Assembly: GCA_017615975.1 (NCBI GenBank)
Contig: JAFZYZ010000027.1
Coordinates: forward strand, 1 to 51,445
DNA: 51,445 bases
From: Clostridia bacterium
GTDB taxonomy: Bacteria > Bacillota > Clostridia > Christensenellales > Borkfalkiaceae
Direction: 5' to 3'
Positions 26,416-35,519 of the stretch are shown in pieces. The translations under genes and the position numbers were made by a program. The notes below the pieces were generated by a model that saw only the letters and a list, made by a program, of their open reading frames with translations, had not been told where the DNA came from and ran no database searches. Positions within the stretch are counted from its first letter, which is position 1. Each line of letters opens with the position of its first letter.

Positions 26416-29286
26416 ATGTTTTATAAGATGATAACAAAAAAGCGAGATGAATGGTTTAGCGGTGAATGTTCTGTTAAAGAATTCATTTCTTATATAGAAT
26501 CAAAAGGGCAAATGCGAGATGCACAAATTGATGCGATTAAAACGTATTTGTATTTAAAAATTGCCTGTGAAAATAAACCGTTATATCAGTTATTTTCGGG
26601 AGGATATTTTAACACGCTTGATTTAGATGTGCTTGAAATATCAAGTGCAACACGGGAAACTTTGCAAAAGGATAAATCACTGGCCGCGTTATACGAATAC
26701 GCCTTAACGTCTGACGAAGAAGGAAATATTGTTTCGGATAAAATTATAGCGGAAATCAAGAGTAATGCCGATAAAATAGATGCCAAACGAATATTTAAGG
26801 ATATTTTTTACGGCGAAACATATACCGATTTTTTGTTTAGTTTGCCTATGGGTGCAGGCAAAACATATTTAATGGCGGCTTTTATTTATATAGATTTGTA
26901 TTTTGCCAAAAACGAGCCGACAAATAAAAATTTTGCACACAATTTTATAGTTTTTGCGCCATCTGGGTTAAAATCTTCTGTCGTTCCAAGTTTAAGGACG
27001 ATACAAAATTTTGATCCGACTTGGATTTTACCAGAACCTACTGCATCAGCGATAAAACGTGAAATAAAATTTGAAATATTAGACGAAAACAAAACGGCTA
27101 ATAAATCAAATAAAGTTAAAAATCCCAATGTGCAAAAAATTGCTTTACGTCAACCTTTAAAAGATTTGTTTGGGTTTGTGGCGGTAACAAATGCAGAAAA
27201 AGTTATTTTAGATCGTGTGGAAGAAAAGAACGGTCAGATAACTATGTTTGAAGATAGCGATGACGAAAAAGATAAAAAAGCGAACGAACTTCGTAACATA
27301 ATAGGGAAAATACCATATTTATCGGTATTTATAGATGAAGTGCATCACGCAACTGACAGCGAAAGAAAACTTCGTGCAGTAGTCAATAAATGGGCAAAAA
27401 GTGATTCGTTAAATTCAATTATAGGCTTTTCGGGTACGCCCTATTTACAAGGAAGAGAAAAAGTAAAAATAACGGACAATCTGTTTGTAGCATCGCAAGA
27501 AATTTCAAATATTGTTTATTATTACCCACTTATCGACGGCATAGGTAATTTCCTTAAAAAGCCTACTGTTTACATATCCGACAGAAACGAAAGATTATAT
27601 ATTGTTGAAAAAGGAATCAGACAGTTTTTAGACGATTATAAAGATACAACTTATTCCGACGGCACTTGCGCAAAACTTGCCATTTATTGTGGCAGTATAG
27701 AAACATTAGAACAATCGGTTTATCCGCTTGTTGAAAGGCTTGTCGGTGAATATGGTCTTGAGCCAAATGAATCCATATTAAAATATCACGGCGGCAATAA
27801 ATCTTATTCTATGCCCGTAGATAGCGAATTGGAGTTTGCAAGTTTAGACAAGCCTTTTTCAAAAAAGCGTATTATATTGCTTGTTCAAATAGGTAAAGAA
27901 GGTTGGGATTGTCGATCGCTTACGGGTATTATATTGCCGCAGGAAGGTGACTGCTCTACAAATATGGTTTTGCAGACATCGTGTAGGTGTTTAAGGCAAA
28001 CAACAAAAGGAAATTTGGAAACGGCTATGATTTATTTAAATAAATCCAATGCCGATACGCTAAATAAGCAACTTGAACAGCAACATAGGATAAATTTGGA
28101 TCAATTCCAAAAGGGTGGAAACAATACACCTATTACAATAAAACGTTATGATAGAACAAAACATTTGAAACTGCCGAAAGTTGATTTTTATCAATTAAAA
28201 ATCAATTATACTACTGTTATTGTAAATGAGAAAAAGGATGCTGCTAAATTAATCGTAGAATCGACGAAAGACGCAAAAAGATCATCGGCGTTAATAACGC
28301 AAGCGGAATTTGGTCAAAAACTAGTCAATACGAATTTTGATACCGACGATAAAGAAAGCGGAACGGAAATCGCCAACTATTCCGTTTGGTTAAATTCTAT
28401 AATTAAAGAAAGTTTTAATTTCATTTCTTATAATGACTTGCTTCCTTACGCAAATGAATTAAAACAGGTTTTTGATAAAATAACCTACTTAAATGATGAT
28501 GTGCGTTATTTCAGTTCAAAATTTGATCAGGCAAAAATTAGAGCGACGATAAGAAAAGCGTTTTACGATGAGCGTTCTTTTGACACAAAAGAAGAACTAG
28601 TACCTGAAGAAGCGAGCCTTTTACACGTTGAGAATTTTACTACTGAAATTCAAACCTATAATAAAGCAGACTTTACGCCCGTTCAAGAGACGGTAGATAA
28701 AATAATTGCAGACGATAAAGGAAAATTAAAGATAGATTCTAAAATAGCGAATTATATAAAAATGCTTGAATCTATGGGCGATTATGAAACGGCTGAAAAA
28801 TGGAAGATGAATACATATTCTCACCCGATGAAAGATAAATCTTTCCATTATTTGCCATACAAAACAGATAGTAGTTTTGAAATAAAGTTTTTAGATGAAA
28901 TTTTAAAAGAAACAATCATTAAAGAAAATGATTTGGAAGTTTATTATAACGGCGACAGGGCTTTAACGGAATTTAAAATTAAATGTTATAAAAATACCGA
29001 CGGCAGATTGAGATATATCGGTATGTACACGCCCGACTTTTTGGTGATAAATAGAAAAGACGGCAAGATTTATAAAGCATTAATAATCGAGACGAAAGGT
29101 AAAATTTATGCAAACGACCCTGCATTCTTGGATAAGAAAGCCTTTATGCCAGAATTTGTGTTAAAAAACAACGAAAAATTTGAATATAACCGTTTTGATT
29201 ATTTATATTTGGAAGATTCGTTACCCGAAAGTGAGCGGATATTAAAAACCGTTGAGACAGTTAAAGACTTTTTTACGGAGAGATAA
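26416..29286 (+). CDS. SF2 helicase (Res/SNF2-like) fused to a C-terminal PD-(D/E)xK endonuclease; type-III-restriction-Res-like, 956 aa
   Basis: Q-like motif RDAQIDAI. Motif I LPMGAGKT (26842-26865). Motif II DEVH (27334-27345). Motif III GFSGTPY. Motif VI-like QTSCRCLRQ. C-terminal YTPDFLV..ALIIETKG (D874, E892-x-K894; nt 29032-29097). Confidence 0.75.
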   Translation: MFYKMITKKRDEWFSGECSVKEFISYIESKGQMRDAQIDAIKTYLYLKIACENKPLYQLFSGGYFNTLDLDVLEISSATRETLQKDKSLAALYEYALTSDEEGNIVSDKIIAEIKSNADKIDAKRIFKDIFYGETYTDFLFSLPMGAGKTYLMAAFIYIDLYFAKNEPTNKNFAHNFIVFAPSGLKSSVVPSLRTIQNFDPTWILPEPTASAIKREIKFEILDENKTANKSNKVKNPNVQKIALRQPLKDLFGFVAVTNAEKVILDRVEEKNGQITMFEDSDDEKDKKANELRNIIGKIPYLSVFIDEVHHATDSERKLRAVVNKWAKSDSLNSIIGFSGTPYLQGREKVKITDNLFVASQEISNIVYYYPLIDGIGNFLKKPTVYISDRNERLYIVEKGIRQFLDDYKDTTYSDGTCAKLAIYCGSIETLEQSVYPLVERLVGEYGLEPNESILKYHGGNKSYSMPVDSELEFASLDKPFSKKRIILLVQIGKEGWDCRSLTGIILPQEGDCSTNMVLQTSCRCLRQTTKGNLETAMIYLNKSNADTLNKQLEQQHRINLDQFQKGGNNTPITIKRYDRTKHLKLPKVDFYQLKINYTTVIVNEKKDAAKLIVESTKDAKRSSALITQAEFGQKLVNTNFDTDDKESGTEIANYSVWLNSIIKESFNFISYNDLLPYANELKQVFDKITYLNDDVRYFSSKFDQAKIRATIRKAFYDERSFDTKEELVPEEASLLHVENFTTEIQTYNKADFTPVQETVDKIIADDKGKLKIDSKIANYIKMLESMGDYETAEKWKMNTYSHPMKDKSFHYLPYKTDSSFEIKFLDEILKETIIKENDLEVYYNGDRALTEFKIKCYKNTDGRLRYIGMYTPDFLVINRKDGKIYKALIIETKGKIYANDPAFLDKKAFMPEFVLKNNEKFEYNRFDYLYLEDSLPESERILKTVETVKDFFTER

Positions 29287-29287
29287 A

Positions 29288-30112
29288 ATGGATAATTCTG
29301 ATTACAGGGTAAAATTAAAACTTGATTTTGCAGAAGAGGAAAAAGTAAAAGATTTTCTTGCAAAGGCTTATTGTGCTTTTTCTGAATCTATACAAATTGA
29401 TAATGAGATATCAAGTGAAACATTTAATAATTTTTGTTTCAGTGCAGGAGTTAAGGCAGACTTAGTTTACTATAATGAATATGTGAATTCACCATTGATT
29501 TTTAAATTTTTACAAAAGCATACAGATTCACTTGTGGATTTTATATACTACTTTTCAATACTTGTTAATTCATGTAAGTATAAAAGTGCTGAACAAAATA
29601 GTTGGATAAAGGCATTTAATTATTGGGCAAGTTTGGCTTGTTTACAGTTTGACTTTATTGAAGATGAAAAAAAGTTTTTTATATTTCCTAAAGGTGCGAA
29701 GGAGTTAGATGATAAATTGATTTCCGAGCCGTTGGAGTGGTTAAAAGATTATAAATTATCACATAAAGCATTTATTAAAGCACTAAAAGATTACTCTGAA
29801 GTAGATGAAAACACGGCAAGTCAGGTTGCCGACAATTTAAGAAAAGCGTTAGAAACTTTCTTTCAAGAATTTTTTGAGACAAGTCAGTCTTTGGAAAACT
29901 GTAAGAGCCTTTATGGTAAATTTATGAAAGATAAAGGGATTTCGACCGATATTTCTAATAACTTTGAAACTCTTTTGCAATTATATACGAACTACAATAA
30001 CAATAACGCAAAGCATCATGACAAGGCAGAAATAAAGGCGTTAGAATATATTTTATATCAAACAGGCGCAATTATAAGACTATTGATTACTTTAAAACAG
30101 GAGAACAAATAA
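29288..30112 (+). CDS. 274-aa predicted all-helical protein of unknown function, translationally coupled between the helicase-nuclease and the methyltransferase
   Basis: ATG 29288 lies 1 nt after the upstream stop and has a GGAGAG SD. Its stop lies 1 nt before the next ATG. I recognise no catalytic motif. Confidence 0.7.
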   Translation: MDNSDYRVKLKLDFAEEEKVKDFLAKAYCAFSESIQIDNEISSETFNNFCFSAGVKADLVYYNEYVNSPLIFKFLQKHTDSLVDFIYYFSILVNSCKYKSAEQNSWIKAFNYWASLACLQFDFIEDEKKFFIFPKGAKELDDKLISEPLEWLKDYKLSHKAFIKALKDYSEVDENTASQVADNLRKALETFFQEFFETSQSLENCKSLYGKFMKDKGISTDISNNFETLLQLYTNYNNNNAKHHDKAEIKALEYILYQTGAIIRLLITLKQENK

Positions 30113-30113
30113 A

Positions 30114-31964
30114 ATGGCTATTAAGTATATACCATTCTTTCCAGAACCTATCGAAGGACAAGCATTGCTTGATAATTTTAAAAGAACTTTAAGATATAAA
30201 GGCGCGGGCGAAGTGCAAGATAAACTTCGTCGTGGTATGCCGCTTTACGAAATGGAAAAAGTAGAATCGGTACTCGGCGGTAGCGATGAAAATCTTGTTA
30301 TTCACGGCGAATGTGTTTCCGCTTGTGCTTATTTTAAAGATAAAGGCATAAAAGTTGACCTTGTTTACATAGATCCGCCGTTTGCAAGCGGAGCAGATTA
30401 TGCTAAAAAGATTTATATTCGTAAAAATCCGAAAGTTGCCGAATTGATTGACAAAGCCGAACAGGAACTCGATAACGACGACTTAAAAGAGTTTGAAGAT
30501 AAAATGTACGGCGATGTTTGGGATAAAGAAAAATATCTTAATTGGATGTACGAAAATTTAATGGCAATAAAATCCGTTATGAGCGAAACGGCGTCCATTT
30601 ATGTCCATTTGGATTGGCATATCGGACATTATGTGAAAATTTTAATGGATGAAATTTTTGGTGAAGATAATTTTAGAAATGAGTTAATATGGAAATATTT
30701 TGGACCAACGAGTGGCAAGAATAATTATCCACGAAAACATGATGTTATTTATTTCTATGTAAAGAATATTGAAAAATATTATTTTGATTTTAATGCGTGT
30801 TTAGTAGATTATGACGAAAAAGCAATAAAAAGATATGATAAAATCGATGAGGATGGTAGAAGATATAAATTATATAACGAAAAAGATGGGACAGTACGAA
30901 AAGCCTATATGAATGAAGGAACGCCTACTGAAGTTTTTGAGATTCCTGGGATTCAAAATCCAGACTATGCAACACAAAAACCCGATGAACTTGTGTCTCG
31001 TTTAATAAGGGCGTCGTCAAACGAAAATATGATTGTTGCGGACTTTTTCAGCGGTAGCGGCGTTACATCGGCAGTTGCAAGTAAATTGAACAGAAAATTT
31101 ATAGCAGGCGACGTAAACTTAAATTCTATACAAACGACAAGGGATAGGCTTGTTTCTATAGGTGCAAAGTTTGATTTGTTGGAAATAAAAGACGGCGTTT
31201 CTTTATATCGCAACCCCGTGCAAACTATGGATAAAATAAAGTCGCTTATTACGGGGCTTAAAAACGAAGATTCGCTTGACGAGTTTTGGGAAGGCGCAAT
31301 TTCTGACAGCAAGTTGGGGCTAATTCCCGTTTACGTTCCTAATTTAATGGATAGTACTACTAAGCTTTTAGACGAAGTATTGATGAATCGTATTTTGCAC
31401 GAAGCAATACCTGAACTTGATAGTTCCGTTAAAAAAGTTATCGTTTATTACGTTGATATTACGGATAAAGCGGAAATAGAAAAGTTTATTAAAGACGACG
31501 ACAGTACTATGGTAGAAATCGAACTACGGGATTTAAAAGAAATTTTAGACGACGTTGTTGTTGATGATCATATTGAATTTACTGTCGAAGAAAATAAAGA
31601 CGATTTATTGGGCGGATATATTATTTCCGTAGATAAATTTATTAGCGACAGGGTAAGCGGAAAGATATTAGAATTTAACCAAAAATCGCTTGCAAATTCA
31701 AGCGAGAAAAAGCCGTATAAACCTATTACTATAAGTGAAGACGGTTTAGAGATGATAGAATTTATTTCGCTTGATTGCACGGCAGACAGCGGTGAATGGC
31801 ATTCCGATAGCGAGATAAAAGTAGAAGGCAAAACGAGTTATGTAACTATAAACGGCAAAAAGACAAAAGAGTTTTGGGACGGCACTATCAAGTGCGAGAA
31901 AAAGCCTTTACGCTTAAAAGTCCGTAACATCTGCGGCGACGAAAGCGTAGTTATTGTAGAATAG
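30114..31964 (+). CDS. beta-class N6-adenine/N4-cytosine DNA methyltransferase (PF01555-like), 616 aa, with a ~270-aa C-terminal extension
   Basis: Motif IV DPPF (30372-30383) comes first, then HLDWHIGHYVKILMDEIFGEDNFRNELIW. ATQKPDELVSRLI and motif I ADFFSGSGVT (31041-31061) come later, which is the beta permutation. Residues ~345-616 have no recognisable motif. Confidence 0.85.
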   Translation: MAIKYIPFFPEPIEGQALLDNFKRTLRYKGAGEVQDKLRRGMPLYEMEKVESVLGGSDENLVIHGECVSACAYFKDKGIKVDLVYIDPPFASGADYAKKIYIRKNPKVAELIDKAEQELDNDDLKEFEDKMYGDVWDKEKYLNWMYENLMAIKSVMSETASIYVHLDWHIGHYVKILMDEIFGEDNFRNELIWKYFGPTSGKNNYPRKHDVIYFYVKNIEKYYFDFNACLVDYDEKAIKRYDKIDEDGRRYKLYNEKDGTVRKAYMNEGTPTEVFEIPGIQNPDYATQKPDELVSRLIRASSNENMIVADFFSGSGVTSAVASKLNRKFIAGDVNLNSIQTTRDRLVSIGAKFDLLEIKDGVSLYRNPVQTMDKIKSLITGLKNEDSLDEFWEGAISDSKLGLIPVYVPNLMDSTTKLLDEVLMNRILHEAIPELDSSVKKVIVYYVDITDKAEIEKFIKDDDSTMVEIELRDLKEILDDVVVDDHIEFTVEENKDDLLGGYIISVDKFISDRVSGKILEFNQKSLANSSEKKPYKPITISEDGLEMIEFISLDCTADSGEWHSDSEIKVEGKTSYVTINGKKTKEFWDGTIKCEKKPLRLKVRNICGDESVVIVE

Positions 31965-32036
31965 TTTCAGTTGTTCTAATTAGAAAAGGATGTAATAAAA
32001 AGATAATTACTACGAAATATTTGGAGATATTAACGA

Positions 32037-35000
32037 ATGTATCAAGCGATAAAGCGGTATTGCGAGAATGATAAACAAAATGGTCTTTTCCTTTTGGATA
32101 TGCCAACGGGATTTGGAAAGACTTATAATGTTATTAAGTACATTTATGATGCTTCTATAAATGAGGCTAATAAGGATAAAAAATATTTTTTTATTACTAC
32201 TTTAAAAAAGAACCTTCCGACAGTTGAATTAGAACAGTGGTTTAAAGAAAACGGTAAAGCTGATCAATTTAAAGAAAAGTTTTTGTTTATTGACTCCAAT
32301 GTAGATTGTGCGATCGAACATTTAACGGAAAAAGTTAAAGATTTAATTCCTAATGACATTAAAAAAACAGATGAATACAAAGAATTTGAAAAAGGTATTA
32401 GATTTCTCCAATCACAAGATACAGACACGAAACTGAAGGCTTTTGTTAGTAGTATTCAGGACACATTAAGAACAAAGACAGAACCCGCTTTTAGAAGACT
32501 GCTACAGACTATGTTAGCAAAAGAGTATCCATCAGTAGATAAAAGGTTGTACGCAATTAAAACCGAAAAACGATGGCAATGGCTTGGCGAATTATACCCT
32601 GCAGTTTTTACGAAGGATCGTCAAATAATTTTTATGAGCGTGGAAAAATTTTTGTCTCGTAATTCAACTATTGTTGAAACTTCTTATGTGTTTTATAATT
32701 CGAGTATTATTGAAAATGCAGTTATTTTTATAGATGAATTTGACGCAACAAAGGAGACGATTCTTAATAATATTATACAAAATGGTTTGCGTGACAGAAT
32801 AGATTATGTTGATTTATTCCTTTCTATATACGGTCCATTGCAAACCGCTTCTTTTCCAGCAGCATTAACAATACCATCGAAGAAAAGAAAAGCAAGCGAT
32901 TATGCAAATCAATCGCTTCAAGCTGTAATTGATGGGATAAAAGAGAAAGCGGAAATAATTTATGATACATACTCTCTTCAATTTAATCACCGCACAAATG
33001 TAGATGAAAATAATTCACGTAATTTTTTGTTTCAAGATCATCAGTTTCATTCTGTGCTAAACGGCAACAATAAATATGTCACAACAACGAGTATCAAAAC
33101 TGATCGTATAAATGCCATAAAGTTTACTGAAGAAAGACCAGAACTGGAATCAAACAATATTCAAATATTGCTGGGTAAACTAAGAGGTTTTATTTCGTGG
33201 TTTCTTGGCGGGGTAAATATTCTTGCAATTAACTATATGCAACGAAAGTTGGAGGAAAAGAGAGATGGAGATGAAGATTTTACCTTTGAATATGCAATTC
33301 GCTCGGTCTTATCACTTTTCCGTTTAAATCAGATATATATAGACTTTTTAACATCACAAATTCTTATTTCAAGCCATAAGGCAAAAGGTGATATTCAAAG
33401 TTCAGAATTTGATAAAACATTTTATGAGAACGGGTTCAGGTATTATGCTTTTGAAGATGATGCTGGACACGATATGCAATCTCGTATGATGATGTGTTCT
33501 TTTCAAAATACACCAGAAAAGATTTTATTAAGATTTTGTGAGAAAGCGAAAGTAATCGGTATTTCTGCAACAGCAACTATAGATACCGTTGTTGGCAATT
33601 TTGATCTCGATTATCTCAAAGCAAAAATGCAATCTTCTTACGTTGAAATGTCAGATGAAGATTATAATCGTTTGAGTCGCAATTTTGAGGAGACTCAGTG
33701 CGGATATAATCAAGTCAATATTCATACGGAACTTCTTGGTGATACTGACTACAATTCATATGGGATCAAGTCGTGGCAGCGTGTTTTTGATGACAGAGAA
33801 ATTGCTGAAGAAGCATATAATATTGTCCAACGAAAACGTAGTGATAACGAAAATAATTATAATTCAGAGCGTTATCTTAGAATAACAGAAGCATATAAGC
33901 AGTTCTTGTGCCATGCGGATATTAAATCGTTTCTTTGTGTTCTAACTAAACATCCACAATTTAAAGATAGTACTCTTGATTTGAATACAATTTATGATCT
34001 TTTTGAATTAACAGCAAAAGTGTTTCAACCTGGCTTTGATGCACGCAAATCGGTAGTGAAACTTGATGGGGATGAATTTGATCAAAAGAAGAATGATGTA
34101 ACACGAAGGTTAGAAAGAGGTGAAAAACTCTTTGTAATTTCAGTATACCAGACGATTGGTGCCGGGCAAAATCTCCAATATAAAGCACCTGCGACAATAA
34201 TAAAATCGCTTATAAAGGTCAATGACCGTGATAGTGGCGAAAAGGATTACGATGCTATTTATCTTGACAAACCAACAAATCTTTTAGTGAATTTTATTCA
34301 AGGACAGTCAGTCGAAGAAGATCAGTTTGCAAAAGCGTTATTTCAATACGAATTTTTACAAGAAAATGCGGAAATATCGATTGATGAAAGTGTTAAATCT
34401 ATTAAAAACGCATTTCGTGCATTCATGAGTAATGGGTCAGCAAAAGGAGAATATGTTTCCAATCAGCGTGATTGTAAAAGCATTAGAATGTTGGCAACTC
34501 GGTATATTATTCAGGCAATAGGAAGGATTTGTAGGACAAATTTAAAGCAAAAGGATATATATGTTTTTGCAGACAGTCGAATAGCAGAAAGTTTAGATGT
34601 CAGTGTTGTTGAAAAAAGAATTGTTAATCGTGAGTTTTCCGCGTTATTGGGTCGAATTTCACAGGTTCATTACAAATCACCAGAGGAGCGTTCGCTTGAA
34701 GCAAAAGCGGCTTTAACTTCAATTCGGGTAAACAAAGATATACGCAACATGATAGAAGAAGATTGGAACGATAAGAGTATAGAGAAATGGCAAGTACTTC
34801 GTGATCTCGTTTTAAGATATCCAACGCTATCGCACGAAGAAGTGTCTCGTAATTTTGTGGCATATAATTATTATGTAGAGATGCCTAAAAAGGCAAATCG
34901 TATTTATTACAATCAAGAAGAAGATTTTAATAAGATATCGGTTGGTTTTGTAAAGGCTTCGGAATATAAGTATACTTTATCGGCGGAAGGGGCTAAGCTT

Positions 35001-35519
35001 ATTCAATTAATGTCGTTTCCTGATATTAAACAGTATTTTAAATCTGCTGGATATGCTACCGAATTTGCCGAAAATGACTTTATTATGTCCCCACCACTTT
35101 GGAATAACATATACAAGGGAGCTTTGGGGGAAGTTGTGGGAAGGTATTTGTTTAACAAGATTCTGTCTGTCAAATTGGATGACATTACCGATCCTGAAAT
35201 ATTTGAGCTTTTTGACTTTAAGGTGAGATCATCTTCTGTATTTTTAGACTTTAAGGACTGGCAAGAATCAACTGATTCTAACTGGGACAAGCAGATAAGA
35301 AAGATTACAGAAAAAGCAAACAAATGCGGCTGTAAATGTGCCATTATTGCTAACATATTGACGGCGAATAGCAGATACAGTGTTAGGGAAAGCACTGAAA
35401 ACGGTGTCCATATATTAATTGTGCCTGCACTGCTTTTAGAGTCTACTCATGATGTTTACACGGATGCATGGAAAAAAATTAAGGAGTGCATTGAGAAATA
35501 TGGCGATTCAGACCAATAA
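32037..35519 (+). CDS. Rad3/DinG-like SF2 helicase with a C-terminal PD-(D/E)xK-like nuclease segment, 1160 aa (DdmD-like architecture)
   Basis: Motif I PTGFGKT (32103-32123). Motif II FIDEFDAT (32727-32750). GISATAT and YQTIGAGQNL. Motif VI QAIGRICR (34512-34535). C-terminal ELFDF..VFLDFKDW (D1060, D1071-x-K1073; nt ~35202-35255). The helicase call is solid; the nuclease and DdmD-like calls are inference. Confidence 0.6.
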   Translation: MYQAIKRYCENDKQNGLFLLDMPTGFGKTYNVIKYIYDASINEANKDKKYFFITTLKKNLPTVELEQWFKENGKADQFKEKFLFIDSNVDCAIEHLTEKVKDLIPNDIKKTDEYKEFEKGIRFLQSQDTDTKLKAFVSSIQDTLRTKTEPAFRRLLQTMLAKEYPSVDKRLYAIKTEKRWQWLGELYPAVFTKDRQIIFMSVEKFLSRNSTIVETSYVFYNSSIIENAVIFIDEFDATKETILNNIIQNGLRDRIDYVDLFLSIYGPLQTASFPAALTIPSKKRKASDYANQSLQAVIDGIKEKAEIIYDTYSLQFNHRTNVDENNSRNFLFQDHQFHSVLNGNNKYVTTTSIKTDRINAIKFTEERPELESNNIQILLGKLRGFISWFLGGVNILAINYMQRKLEEKRDGDEDFTFEYAIRSVLSLFRLNQIYIDFLTSQILISSHKAKGDIQSSEFDKTFYENGFRYYAFEDDAGHDMQSRMMMCSFQNTPEKILLRFCEKAKVIGISATATIDTVVGNFDLDYLKAKMQSSYVEMSDEDYNRLSRNFEETQCGYNQVNIHTELLGDTDYNSYGIKSWQRVFDDREIAEEAYNIVQRKRSDNENNYNSERYLRITEAYKQFLCHADIKSFLCVLTKHPQFKDSTLDLNTIYDLFELTAKVFQPGFDARKSVVKLDGDEFDQKKNDVTRRLERGEKLFVISVYQTIGAGQNLQYKAPATIIKSLIKVNDRDSGEKDYDAIYLDKPTNLLVNFIQGQSVEEDQFAKALFQYEFLQENAEISIDESVKSIKNAFRAFMSNGSAKGEYVSNQRDCKSIRMLATRYIIQAIGRICRTNLKQKDIYVFADSRIAESLDVSVVEKRIVNREFSALLGRISQVHYKSPEERSLEAKAALTSIRVNKDIRNMIEEDWNDKSIEKWQVLRDLVLRYPTLSHEEVSRNFVAYNYYVEMPKKANRIYYNQEEDFNKISVGFVKASEYKYTLSAEGAKLIQLMSFPDIKQYFKSAGYATEFAENDFIMSPPLWNNIYKGALGEVVGRYLFNKILSVKLDDITDPEIFELFDFKVRSSSVFLDFKDWQESTDSNWDKQIRKITEKANKCGCKCAIIANILTANSRYSVRESTENGVHILIVPALLLESTHDVYTDAWKKIKECIEKYGDSDQ

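Noticed and set aside
35449-35499. Upstream extension of the pAgo-like ORF (track start 35449)
   Set aside because: The extension lies wholly inside the helicase gene with no SD. ATG 35500 follows an AAGGAG and gives a typical short coupling overlap.
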